Of a stretch of 64,000 nucleotides of DNA, positions 33,610 to 44,248 are shown piece after piece. Source of the stretch: Ignavibacteriota bacterium. GTDB lineage: Bacteria > Bacteroidota > Ignavibacteria > UBA10030 > CAVZMI01. Location of the stretch: contig CAVZMI010000014.1 of NCBI GenBank assembly GCA_963776275.1, forward strand, positions 32,001 through 96,000. Direction: 5' to 3'. Position numbers and translations under genes: made by a program. The notes beneath the pieces were generated by a model that was given only the letters and a program-made list of their open reading frames with translations, did no database searches and was not told where the DNA came from. Numbering within the stretch: position 1 is the first letter of the stretch; each line of letters begins with the position of its first letter.

Positions 33610-34361
33610 TGAATATTATTATGCCTCAAGCCGAACGACCAGATGAGATTGTTGAAGTCCCAATAGACTTCAACGATCTTACAGTAAGCAAAAATGAGAT
33701 TGAGTTTTCACTTGGATATTCCGAAGATAAAATTCCATCGCATTTTGAAGAAATGATAGATGATATTCTATCGCAGTTATCGGGACGTTGTGAAATAAGT
33801 GCCGGATACCGGATCGTCGATGTCAAAAAGCCTGTTGACCGGTATGACGGTCTATATGTCGGAGGTAAGTTTTTCAAGATGCAAAAGATCGTTACCGGTC
33901 AGCTCAGGAAAGCCGAAAAGGCGGCGTTATTTGTCTGTACCATCGGACCAAAAATGGAAACATGGGCCAGACAACTTATGCAGAATGGTGATACTGTGGC
34001 AAGTCATATCGTTGATACAATCGCGTCGGAGGTAGTAGAAAGTGCGACCGATATATTGCATGATCGTATAGAGCAACAAATGCGGGTACATGGGATGAGC
34101 GTAACCAATAGATACAGCCCGGGTTATTGTGACTGGTCGGTATCTGAACAACATTTGCTCTTTTCATTTCTCCCGGCAAATTTTTGTGGCATAAAATTAA
34201 CGGAATCCGCACTGATGGTGCCGATTAAATCTATCAGTGGTATTATCGGAGTCGGTGCAACAGTCAAGCGTGCAGACTACATATGCGATCGATGTGGAAT
34301 AAAAGACTGCACTTATCGGGCGTTCCTTTTAGCGCGAAACCAGCGTATCATTCATAAATAA
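33609..34361 (+). CDS. Stand-alone B12-dependent methionine synthase reactivation (AdoMet-binding) domain protein
   Basis: ALFVCTIG, RYSPGYCDW, GIKLTESALMVPIKSISGIIG, C-terminal CxxCxxxxC. TGATG coupling with the upstream gene. Confidence 0.88.
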   Translation: MNIIMPQAERPDEIVEVPIDFNDLTVSKNEIEFSLGYSEDKIPSHFEEMIDDILSQLSGRCEISAGYRIVDVKKPVDRYDGLYVGGKFFKMQKIVTGQLRKAEKAALFVCTIGPKMETWARQLMQNGDTVASHIVDTIASEVVESATDILHDRIEQQMRVHGMSVTNRYSPGYCDWSVSEQHLLFSFLPANFCGIKLTESALMVPIKSISGIIGVGATVKRADYICDRCGIKDCTYRAFLLARNQRIIHK

Positions 34362-34395
34362 ATTCATATCGAATTATAGGGAAAGAACAAATAGA

Positions 34396-35420
34396 ATGAC
34401 AGATCGACAGTGGGAAATGCTGAAGAGCGTCATTAAAGGTGAAATTCTAGATCCTTTTCCAGTCGGCTTTATTATTGATTCTCCATGGTTGCCGAACTGG
34501 TGCGGGATCAGGATACTCGATTATTTTTCGAATGATGAATTATGGTTTGATGCAAATATGAAGGTGCTTACCAAGTTTCCGGATGTAATTTTTTTACCCG
34601 GATTCTGGTCGGAATTTGGTATGTGCACGGAACCGTCGGCTTTCGGGTCCGCTGCACGTTTCCATCGAACGAGTTCCCTCATCCACATAAATTAATCCAA
34701 TCAGTTGATGAGATCGATTCATTGCCTTTACCGAATCCCAGAACGGACGGTCTGTTGCCGTTTGTGCTGAATCGATTGAAACTTGCACAATCAAAAATTG
34801 AGAGAGCGGGTCACAGGATTCGCTTTGCCGTCGCCCGCGGACCCCTGAATATCGCCAGCTTCCTGATGGGTTCGACAGAATTTCTAACGACCATGATGAT
34901 GCAGCCGGAGAAAGCCGAAGAACTCATGAAAAAGGTTACCGCTTTTCTTAAAGACTGGCTGCATCTGCAAATGGAGACATTTCCTTCTATCGATGGTATT
35001 TTTTTGCTCGATGACATCATCGGTTTTTTAGGTGAAACGGAATTTTGCACATTCGGTTTGCCATTTTTTAAGGAATTATTTGATGTTAACGTTTCTCTAA
35101 AATTATTACATAACGACGCACACTGCAAAGTATCTGCACCGTATCTGCCTGAGATGGGCGTTAACATGTTTAACATGGGTTTTGATATCACACTCAACGA
35201 AATAAAACAATTGACAAAGAACAAAATAGCATTAATCGGGAACATTCCTCCGAGAGATGTTCTTGCAAGCGGTGATATCACCAAAATAACAAAGACGACC
35301 ATGGATCTGGTTGATTCTCTGAAGGATAAATCGAAAGTTATTTTTTCGTGTGGTGGCGGTATGCCGCCGGGTGTAAGTACTGAAAGTATAACGGCTTTCA
35401 TTAATGCGACCAGAAAATAA
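34396..35420 (+). CDS. Uroporphyrinogen-decarboxylase-fold (MtaA/CmuA-like) methyltransferase; frameshift near 34645-34651
   Basis: EPSAFG in ORF 34396..34695 continues as RCTFP...RGPLNIASFLMG...LDD...LHND...IGNIPP...FSCGGGMPPG in ORF 34623..35420. Confidence 0.82.
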
Positions 35421-35428
35421 GCAGGCAA

Positions 35429-37381
35429 ATGAAATCACAAATATTGAATATATCATTGGTAGTCGGGTTACTGATTTTAATAAATGTCGCTTGTGGTTAC
35501 AGTAAAGAAAACCGTATTGATAGTCCTAACGGCTTTGTCAGAGTTGAGCTGAATTTGAACGATCAGGGGACACCTGAATTCAACGTTTTGTTTTCAGAAA
35601 ACCCTGTTATGAAAAATAATCGTCTGGGTCTGATCAGGGACGATGGTGATTTTTCAAAAAACCTCCGCATGATATCGGTTTCATCGACAGAGGAAATTGA
35701 AGATCAATACACTCTCCTGTCGGGGAAAAAAAATAATTGTACATATCGGGGAAACAGAAAAGTCTTCCATTTTAAGAACAGGGAAGATGAAGAATTTGAT
35801 ATTATTTTTCAGGTTTCAAATGATGGCGTTGCATTCCGGTACTATTTCCCGGGGAAAAACGGTGAAATTAAAAGGATAAGCGACGAGCTCACACGCTTCA
35901 GTTTTGACGACAACACACATGCATGGATTCAACCGATGTCGGCAGCAAAGTCGGGATGGAATTCAGTGAATCCCTGTTACGAAGAGCATTACTTCCACGA
36001 TATCAATATCGTGAAGTTACCCGATAACGAACCCGGATGGGTATTTCCTGCATTATTTAAATCGGGAAATTACTGGATTGTGCTGGCTGAAACCGCTCCG
36101 GATCGCAATTATTGCGCATGCAGGCTAATCCACGATAGCACCGGTTTTAAGATCGGATTTCCACAAAAAGCTGAAGTCTTCCCGGGAGGTTCCCTTAACC
36201 CCGAATCGAAAATACCCTGGTATACGCCGTGGCGAATTATTACACTCGCCGACAATCTCAGGACTCTGGTAGAATCCACTCTGGGCACCGATCTAGCGAA
36301 ACCGTCTGTACTCTCGGATATTTCATTTGTAAAGCCCGGCAGATCATCGTGGAGCTGGGTATTGTTTAAGGATGATTCGACTGTTTTTCATGTGCAGAAA
36401 AGATTTGTCGATTATGCCGCCGATATGGGTTGGGAGTATTGTCTGGTTGATGCCGACTGGGACCGGAAAATCGGTTATGAAAAACTCGGTGAACTCTGTA
36501 ATTATGCGGCATCGAAGGGCATCGGTATTACTGCCTGGTACAATTCAGCCGGCAGTTGGAACACCACACCATATACACCGCGCGATAAATTGCTTACGAA
36601 AGTACTTCGTGATACCGAATTTAAAAAATTAAGAGGCCTTGGAGTAAAGGGAATAAAGGTTGATTTTTTTGGTGCCGACGGCCAGTCGATGATAGTCTAT
36701 TATCAGGATATTATCGAAGATGCAGCCCGGAACGGACTCATGATAAATTGCCATGGTTCTACCATACCACGAGGATGGCAGCGCACCTATCCAAATCTTG
36801 TTTCGATGGAGGCGATCAGAGGATTTGAGTATATCACCTTTGAACAGCTTAATGCCGACAGGGAGGCCGGTCATTGCACAGTAATTCCATTTACACGCAA
36901 TCTTTTTGATCCGATGGATTTCACGCCGGTCTGTTTCAGTGAGGTACCGAACATTCAAAGAAAGACCACCAACAGCTTTGAACTGGCACTCTCGGTTCTG
37001 TTTCTCTCCGGCGTTCAGCATTTTGCCGAGGTTCCCGAAGGTATGGCTAAAGTCCCGCCTGAAGTTCGGCAATTCTTGAAAGACATCCCCTCTGCATGGG
37101 ATGAATCGAGATTCGTCGATGGGTATCCGGGGAAACATGTGGTTATCGCACGACGGAAAGCAGATGTATGGTATATCGGAGGGATCAACGGTGAACGGAT
37201 TGAAAAAACTCTCGATCTCGATGTGAGTTTTATCCGCAATCCCGGGAAAAATATTCTCATCACGTGCGGCAAGGACAACCGCTCCTTTACACTACGCAAC
37301 GAGAATCTTGATGGCACCCGTCCGTTAAAAATTACTTTGAAGCCGGATGATGGTTTTGTCTTTCGTATTTCAGGAAAATAA
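35429..37381 (+). CDS. GH97 glycoside hydrolase
   Basis: SNDGVAFRY, TPWRII, KPGRSSWSW, LVDADW, GIKVDFF, NCHG, RTYPN, EAIRG.E, PMDFTP; signal peptide. Confidence 0.92.
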   Translation: MKSQILNISLVVGLLILINVACGYSKENRIDSPNGFVRVELNLNDQGTPEFNVLFSENPVMKNNRLGLIRDDGDFSKNLRMISVSSTEEIEDQYTLLSGKKNNCTYRGNRKVFHFKNREDEEFDIIFQVSNDGVAFRYYFPGKNGEIKRISDELTRFSFDDNTHAWIQPMSAAKSGWNSVNPCYEEHYFHDINIVKLPDNEPGWVFPALFKSGNYWIVLAETAPDRNYCACRLIHDSTGFKIGFPQKAEVFPGGSLNPESKIPWYTPWRIITLADNLRTLVESTLGTDLAKPSVLSDISFVKPGRSSWSWVLFKDDSTVFHVQKRFVDYAADMGWEYCLVDADWDRKIGYEKLGELCNYAASKGIGITAWYNSAGSWNTTPYTPRDKLLTKVLRDTEFKKLRGLGVKGIKVDFFGADGQSMIVYYQDIIEDAARNGLMINCHGSTIPRGWQRTYPNLVSMEAIRGFEYITFEQLNADREAGHCTVIPFTRNLFDPMDFTPVCFSEVPNIQRKTTNSFELALSVLFLSGVQHFAEVPEGMAKVPPEVRQFLKDIPSAWDESRFVDGYPGKHVVIARRKADVWYIGGINGERIEKTLDLDVSFIRNPGKNILITCGKDNRSFTLRNENLDGTRPLKITLKPDDGFVFRISGK

Positions 37382-38619
37382 TGGATAGAATTTTATACTC
37401 TGTTCTCCTTATCATCGTTCCGGTATTTTCTTCGTGCGGCATGCCTGTGATGACACAGGATTCGTCAGCCACCGAGGAAAAGCTCCGAACCATTGCCTCG
37501 ATGATACTCAGGGACGCGACATTCCAGTTTGTAGATCAGAAGAGCGGACAGCGATATCGCACTCCCCAAGATGCATCGCCGGATATTCAGATAGGGCTGG
37601 AAAGTCCCTATAACGATTGGCGGTACTGGAACGGCGTTCTGAATATCGCGATGATCAGACTGGCCGAAGTACTTCGTGAGCCGGCATATGCCGAATTTTC
37701 GTTCAGGAATATCGCTTTTAGCTTCGATCACTACCAATATTTTGAAAAGATGTATAAAGGCGAAGGGAAGTGGAACTATCCTTTCGGGCAGCGGTTCATC
37801 ATGGAAGAATTGGACGACTGCGGTGCTATGGGTGCAAGTGTCATTGAAGTGTACCGCCGTGATCCGCAGGATCGCTATCGCGCATATATCGATCAGGCTG
37901 CCGAACATATATCCGTAATACAAAATCGAATGGAGGATGGAACTCTTGTACGGTCGTTCCCGCGAAAATGGACACTCTGGGCGGATGATCTGTACATGGG
38001 ACTCTCGTTCCTGACTCGTATGGGTGAATTGACGGGTGAAAGCCGCTATTTCGACGATGCAGCCCGGCAGGTTATCAACTACCATAAATACCTTTTTGAC
38101 GGGGAGCTAGGACTCATGCATCATTGCTGGTATTCGGATCTCCAGCGTCCGGGTATTGCCTACTGGGGGCGTGCGAATGGGTGGGCACTGTTGGCACAAA
38201 TCGATTTACTCGATCGATTGCCGAACAATCATCCTCAGCGTGATACATTGCTCCTCCTTCTTCAACGACACATCAAAGGGATCGCACGGTATCAAAGCAG
38301 CGAAGGCCTGTGGCATCAACTGCTAGACAAACCAGATTCATTTCTGGAAACATCCTGCAGTGCGATGTTCACGTATGTGACGGCACGAGCCGTCAATAAA
38401 GGGTATATCGATGCGAGTTTTATTCCGGTCGCTCTGCAGGGATGGCAGGGAGTGATTTCGAAGATACATCCGGATGGACAGATCGAAGGTATTTGCACCG
38501 GAACCGGAGTCAGTGAGAATCTGCAATTCTACTATCAACGACCGACACCGCTCAATGATGTCCATGGTATTGGCGCGATATTGCTGGCCGGTACAGAGGT
38601 GCTGCAACTGCAAAAGTAA
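37381..38619 (+). CDS. GH105/GH88 unsaturated glycuronyl hydrolase, probable lipoprotein
   Basis: LDDCG, LWADDLYM, WGRANGW, GLWHQLLD, ETSCSAMF, ICTGT; FSSC lipobox. Confidence 0.9.
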   Translation: MDRILYSVLLIIVPVFSSCGMPVMTQDSSATEEKLRTIASMILRDATFQFVDQKSGQRYRTPQDASPDIQIGLESPYNDWRYWNGVLNIAMIRLAEVLREPAYAEFSFRNIAFSFDHYQYFEKMYKGEGKWNYPFGQRFIMEELDDCGAMGASVIEVYRRDPQDRYRAYIDQAAEHISVIQNRMEDGTLVRSFPRKWTLWADDLYMGLSFLTRMGELTGESRYFDDAARQVINYHKYLFDGELGLMHHCWYSDLQRPGIAYWGRANGWALLAQIDLLDRLPNNHPQRDTLLLLLQRHIKGIARYQSSEGLWHQLLDKPDSFLETSCSAMFTYVTARAVNKGYIDASFIPVALQGWQGVISKIHPDGQIEGICTGTGVSENLQFYYQRPTPLNDVHGIGAILLAGTEVLQLQK

Positions 38620-38663
38620 TCCGTTCAGCGGATATTACAGATGTATATCTTTATTAGTCACTT

Positions 38664-41195
38664 TTGGATATTATGATATTTACTCAAAGGCATCTATTGT
38701 TTTCCAAAGCAGGGAAATCGATTCTCCTTTTAATATCTAATCTTCTTTTTGTTGGATTCTGTCAAGCCCAAATTCCCGGAGTTGATCTGAAGTTAAATAA
38801 TCTCGGATATTTTGAAACACGTGGGCTCGATATACTGGTTTTCAATAACTGGTACGACAGCAATTTCGGCGATGCAAAAATGAGCGGAGTTGAAATTATC
38901 CATCATGGGGTGCGTACAGCAACCAACGGCGATGTGAGACTCAGCCCTACACCCGCACAATGGGATTCCATTCCGCGACTCGTAGAACGCAGAGTGAATA
39001 AAAAAGATAGTAGTATTGAAGTTTTTTTACAATATCCTGCATATGCCTTTGCTTACATGATCAAAGCCCAGGCACATGACGGAGGCATTCTTCTAAGCGT
39101 CAATCTTGAAAAACCGATACCTAAAGACCTTGAAGGTTGTGCCGGGTTCAATTTCGAATTTCTTCCTTCCGCGTATTTTGAAAAAACATATCTGGTGGAC
39201 GGTAAAAGCGGCATTTTCCCATTATATCCTACCGGACCCATGGAAGCAAAGGAGTCAGGTAAGGTTCAACCCTTGCCGATCGCCTCAGGGAAATCTTTTG
39301 TACTTGCCCCGGAAGATCCGGCTCGACGAATTACCATCAAAACCAAAGACAGCGAACTTCTTCTATATGATGGCCGCAACATGGCACAGAACGGCTGGTT
39401 TGTGATTCGCAGCCTTCTTCCTTCCGGAAAATCAGGTAAAGTAATCGAATGGTTTCTCGAAGCCGGTACAATTCCGGGCTGGACGCGGCCGCCGGTGATT
39501 GCGCATTCACAGATCGGATATCATCCCGATCAAATAAAAATTGCGGTGATTGAATTAGATAAAAACGATACTTCACTCCAGTCGGCGCGCTTGCTTCAGG
39601 TACGTGAGGATGGAGAATTCGTCGAAATATTTAAGGGCGATCTAAGAACTTGGGGCGGGTATCTCCGGTACAATTATTCTACCTTTGATTTCTCGTCCGT
39701 AAAAGAGAGCGGCCTGTACGTCATTGAATATAATTCAGTTCGAACAAAACCATTCAGAATAGCAGCCGACATTTATAAAAATGCATGGCACCCGACACTC
39801 GATATTTTTTTCCCGGTTCAGATGGATCATATGAGAGTCAGGGAAGCTTACCGGATTTGGCATGGTGCATCTCATCTTGACGATGCGTTACAGGCTCCGG
39901 TGAATCATGAACATTTCGATCTATATGCGCAGGGTCCGACAACGGATTCTCCGTATAAACCGGGCGAGCATATTCCCGGTTTAAATATCGGAGGCTGGTA
40001 TGATGCCGGCGATCACGATATCCGGACTCAGACTCAATATTATACAGTATTAAATCTGGTCCATGTGTGGGAGACTTTCGGTTTACGGCGGGATGAAACA
40101 ACAATAGACCAGAAAAAACGCTATGTGGAAATACATCATCCAGATGGAATTCCCGACCTTCTACAACAGATAGAGCATGGCGCGCTTGCTCTCATAGCTC
40201 AACATCGGGCTGTCGGTCACGCAATTCCAGGTATCATAGTGCCCGATCTCTCACAATATACGCATCTGGGCGACGCGGCATCAATTACGGACAATCTCGT
40301 ATACAATTCCAAGCTGAAACCGCTCGAGACCGATGGATTCACTAGCGGTACGTTCGATGATCGATGGGCATTTACCAGCAAATCTACTCCGTTGAATTAT
40401 GGCTCAATTGCTGCACTCGCCGCGGCGAGTCGCGCCCTTCATGGATACAATGACACGCTGGCTGATGAATGTCTGGCAACAGCAAGAAAAGCGTGGGACG
40501 AAGAACACAGCCATGAGCCGGATATTTTTTATCACGGGAACACCGCCGGAGGTTTGTTGGAGATAGAGGAAATGCAGGCGAGTGTCGAACTTTTACTCTG
40601 CACGAAAGAAACCAAGTACGCAGATAGAATAAACGAGCTGCTGCCAAAAATTGAAAATAGATTCGGTTTCATTGCCGGGATGGTTGTTCGCGCCATACCT
40701 TATATGGATGTGGCATATTCAAAAAATATTGAAGATCTTGTAAGGGACTACAAATATACTCTCGATAAGTTGAACGAACAGAATCCCTTCGGTGTCCCTA
40801 TTACCGCCGGTAACTGGGGAGGAGTAGGAGCAGTTATGGGATTTTCATTGACGAATTATTTTTTGCATAAATCTTTTCCCCAGATTATTGGAAAGGAATA
40901 TGTTTTTAATGGATTGAACTATATTTTTGGATGCCACCCGGGTTCCGACATTTCGTTCGTCTCGGGTATAGGAACTCAATCGAAGAGAATCGCCTATGGG
41001 AACAACCGTGCTGATTATTCATTCATTGCCGGCGGCATAGTTCCGGGAGTCCTTATTCTTAAGCCGGATTTCCCCGAAAATAAAGAAGATTGGCCCTTCC
41101 TGTGGGGAGAGAATGAATATGTAATCAGTATGGGATCAATTTATATTTATCTGGTAAATGCAGCAAACGAATTATTGAACAGTACTGGGGATTGA
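38664..41195 (+). CDS. GH9-family glycoside hydrolase with N-terminal extension and Ig-like domain
   Basis: SQIGYHP...K.AV, GGWYDAGDH, LNYIFGCHP...SFVSGIG, WGENEY. Start uncertain. Confidence 0.85.
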   Translation: MDIMIFTQRHLLFSKAGKSILLLISNLLFVGFCQAQIPGVDLKLNNLGYFETRGLDILVFNNWYDSNFGDAKMSGVEIIHHGVRTATNGDVRLSPTPAQWDSIPRLVERRVNKKDSSIEVFLQYPAYAFAYMIKAQAHDGGILLSVNLEKPIPKDLEGCAGFNFEFLPSAYFEKTYLVDGKSGIFPLYPTGPMEAKESGKVQPLPIASGKSFVLAPEDPARRITIKTKDSELLLYDGRNMAQNGWFVIRSLLPSGKSGKVIEWFLEAGTIPGWTRPPVIAHSQIGYHPDQIKIAVIELDKNDTSLQSARLLQVREDGEFVEIFKGDLRTWGGYLRYNYSTFDFSSVKESGLYVIEYNSVRTKPFRIAADIYKNAWHPTLDIFFPVQMDHMRVREAYRIWHGASHLDDALQAPVNHEHFDLYAQGPTTDSPYKPGEHIPGLNIGGWYDAGDHDIRTQTQYYTVLNLVHVWETFGLRRDETTIDQKKRYVEIHHPDGIPDLLQQIEHGALALIAQHRAVGHAIPGIIVPDLSQYTHLGDAASITDNLVYNSKLKPLETDGFTSGTFDDRWAFTSKSTPLNYGSIAALAAASRALHGYNDTLADECLATARKAWDEEHSHEPDIFYHGNTAGGLLEIEEMQASVELLLCTKETKYADRINELLPKIENRFGFIAGMVVRAIPYMDVAYSKNIEDLVRDYKYTLDKLNEQNPFGVPITAGNWGGVGAVMGFSLTNYFLHKSFPQIIGKEYVFNGLNYIFGCHPGSDISFVSGIGTQSKRIAYGNNRADYSFIAGGIVPGVLILKPDFPENKEDWPFLWGENEYVISMGSIYIYLVNAANELLNSTGD

Positions 41196-41281
41196 CAATA
41201 AAAATAAAAGAGAAGTTCTGCCAGGGAAAAATAAAATTTCTATTGGGGGAGAACAACCTGACAAGAGAAGGGGAGATTAAC

Positions 41282-44179
41282 GTGACGCAGATAAATCGTT
41301 ATAGAATATTAACTAGTATAGTCATCATGGCCGTTTTATTTGTAATGAGTGCTCTTGGCCAGAATGCGCGGGATCTGGTGAAGGGCAATTTAATTCAATT
41401 CAATGACAACGGCGCCTGGTGCTGGTATCAGGATGAGCGGGCAGTTGTCGATATCGCGGGCGGTAAGATAATTATTGGTTCGGATGCAAGCGGATCTGGT
41501 GTAGGTGGGTCGGACCGCAATGGGGAGATAGACGCGGTTATCTTCGATCTTCAGACTGGATTGATGCAGAAGTCTGTTCTTATGGCGGCTAAAGTACTGG
41601 GCTGCGATGATCATAATGCACCAGCTTTTCTAGTCCATCCCGACGGATCGGGAAAATATCTGGTAATGTATACCGGGCACAATAATAATAACCTCACATA
41701 CTACCGTACATACGATGGCGGTGTCTGGGGGGCGCAGCATACATTCGATTGGAATACTCAACCCGGCGGTACCGATTTTGCCACAACATATTCGAATATC
41801 CATTACCTTTCTGCGGAAGGTCGCATTTACAACAATGCCAGAGGAAACGGTCATGGTGGCCAGAATCTCATGATTTCAAGTAATCTGGGAGATACATGGT
41901 CGTATGGTGGATTCCTCACGAATAATGCGAACATCGGATATGTCAATGGATACTTTAAATATTGCGATAACGGCGTCGATCGTATTGATTTTACTTGTAC
42001 CGAATATCATCCACGCGACTATAACACAAGCATTTATCATGGCTACGTTAAAAATGGCCAGACATTCAAATCAGATGGAACACTCGTCGACAGTACAATT
42101 TTTGACAAAGTTCCCACAACACCTCAGAGTTATACACCGGTTTTTATTACCGGTACCGTGGTCAACGGTATGACTATGACACGTTGCTGGAATATAGATG
42201 TCCAGAGATATGCCGATAGCACGATTACAGCTCTCATCAAAGCACGCGTGAATGATAATCCAAGTAGTCCTTCGCAGGATCCGGACCATTGTTATCTTTA
42301 TTGCCGCTATGATGGCCAGAGCTGGACTTATACATATCTCGGCAAAGCCGGTAAAAAACTTTATTCCAGTGAGCAGGATTATACAGGTTTGGGAGCGTTG
42401 TGCCCTAATGACCCGAATACCATCTACATATCAACACCCTACGATCCCCGAAATGATTCTGACCTGATCGTTCATGAAATATATAAAGGAGTCACTTCTG
42501 ATCATGGAGCAACGTGGACGTGGACACCGATCACGCAGAAATCTGTCCGCGATAACCTTCGGCCGATCGTCCCTGCATGGGACACAAATAATACCGCCTT
42601 ACTCTGGTGGAGGGGAACGTATACCGCCGCTCAAAGTTATAATGCAGCAATTGTCGGCATTCTGGATCGGCCTTCGGAAACGTTGAGTAAAATGACCTAT
42701 GTAGATGCCACAACCGCAAACACAATTCTTTCCACGGGTGAACCATTGACAACCACCGGACCTGATACGAGTGCATGACCAGCGGACAACCAATGGCATC
42801 AACGAACGGATCGCGGCAACGGCGGTTCTGTTTTCACATCGTCAGAGGTTAACCGTGAAAATGCACCTATGCTCAAGACGCAGGTTACAATACCGGTCAC
42901 GGGGGTTTATGATATCTGGGTCAACTTCTGGGGAAATCCTACTAAGAGTACAGACTGGCGGATCAAGGCAGGACTCGATACCAGTCATATGCAAATATTC
43001 CGGCAAATGGCGTGTAAGGAAGTTGAAAATGGCGACCATGAAAGCACACTCGTTCTCTCCGGCAGCGACAATACATTCCTCTATCAGGCGTATGTCGGAC
43101 GCGTCCAGGTATTGGCAAACAACACCTTTGATGTTTTCGTCGACGATGACACGATCAGAACAGGCGCACTAATTCCTCCCACAGGAAGCGTCCGCACTTG
43201 GTATGACGGTGTTAGTTATGCCATCGTGAATGGTTCCAGTACTGCACCAGTGTTCGCTCTGTCGGCACCTGAAATCAATTTCGGAACGATACGAAATGAC
43301 TCTACAAAGAAGGACAGTGTGCTTGTTTCCAATCCTGGAAACGATACACTGCGGATCACGGCAATCTCATCAACCAATGCGCGCTTTATCTTTGCACCTG
43401 CGACAATGACACTTGCACCGTTGGGAAGTGCTTATCTGGTAGTAACGTTTGCACCTCAGGATACGTCGAGTCAGTTCGGACTCATCATTTTTACACATAA
43501 TGCATTGAGTTCACCGGATACACTCGCCATCAGCGGAAAGGGAAGCGCCGTGCCTGTACCGGTGTTCTCTCTTTCGGGAACTGCAATCAATTTCACGACG
43601 GTATCAATTGGTTCTACAAAGAAAGACAGCGTTCTTGTTTCCAACCCCGGCACCGATACACTAAAAATCACGGCAATCTCATCAACCAATGCACGCTTTA
43701 CCTTTATACCTGCGACGATGACACTCGCACCATCGGGAGGTACATATCTGGTAGTAACGTTTGCACCTCAGGATACGTCGAACCAATCCGGCCTCATCAT
43801 TTTTACGCATAATGCATTGGGTTCGCCGGATACGCTTTCCGTCAGCGGGAAGGGGAGCGCTGCGGTTGCGGTTGAACATGATAAAACACAAATCCCGACC
43901 GAGTACGTGCTCAATCAGAATTATCCCAATCCGTTTAATCCCTCGACTGAGATCAGATTCGCCGTTCCGGTTGCTTCTCACGCATCGCTGGTTGTGTACG
44001 ACATCCTCGGGAGAGAAGTCGCCGCTCTGGTAAATGGGAATATTGAAGCCGGATATTATACGGCAATATGGAATGCATCATCGATGTCAGGTGGTATCTA
44101 CTTTGCGAAGTTCACTGCGAATGGCGAGGCCGGGAAACTCAAATACAGCAAGGTGAATAAAATGTTGCTCATGAAATAA
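41282..44179 (+). CDS. Secreted BNR_4-type beta-propeller protein with two Ig-like domains and T9SS CTD; interrupted by in-frame TGA at 42776-42778
   Basis: NGAWCWYQDERA, DDHNAPA, Asp-boxes S.NLGDTW and TSDHGATW, NLRP. ORFs 41192..42778 and 42869..44179 share one frame, reading SA*PADNQWH. QNYPNPFNP tail. Confidence 0.8.
43248..43860 (+). repeat. Tandem duplicated Ig-like (ASH/choice-of-anchor D-like) domains
   Basis: PVF.LS...INF...STKKDSVLVSNPG.DTL.ITAISSTNARF...VVTFAPQDTS...SGKGSA occurs twice and is similar at DNA level. Confidence 0.85.
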
Positions 44180-44248
44180 ACCGGATCGCGTTTTCCAACA
44201 AAATGGGAACGTTTTAACGGATAAATATTAATTGACAGATAATAAAAT

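Noticed and set aside
34396-35420. hemE (true uroporphyrinogen decarboxylase)
   Set aside because: It lacks the N-terminal RQAGR motif and sits with corrinoid methyl-transfer genes.
34811-35428. Long minus-strand ORFs (also 32180..32746, 37465..38085, 49832..50449)
   Set aside because: They are antisense shadows of well-supported plus-strand genes and carry no recognisable motifs.
42776-42778. Selenocysteine codon or alternative genetic code
   Set aside because: Context is a linker (SA*PAD), not a redox motif, and TGA ends many other genes normally in this window.
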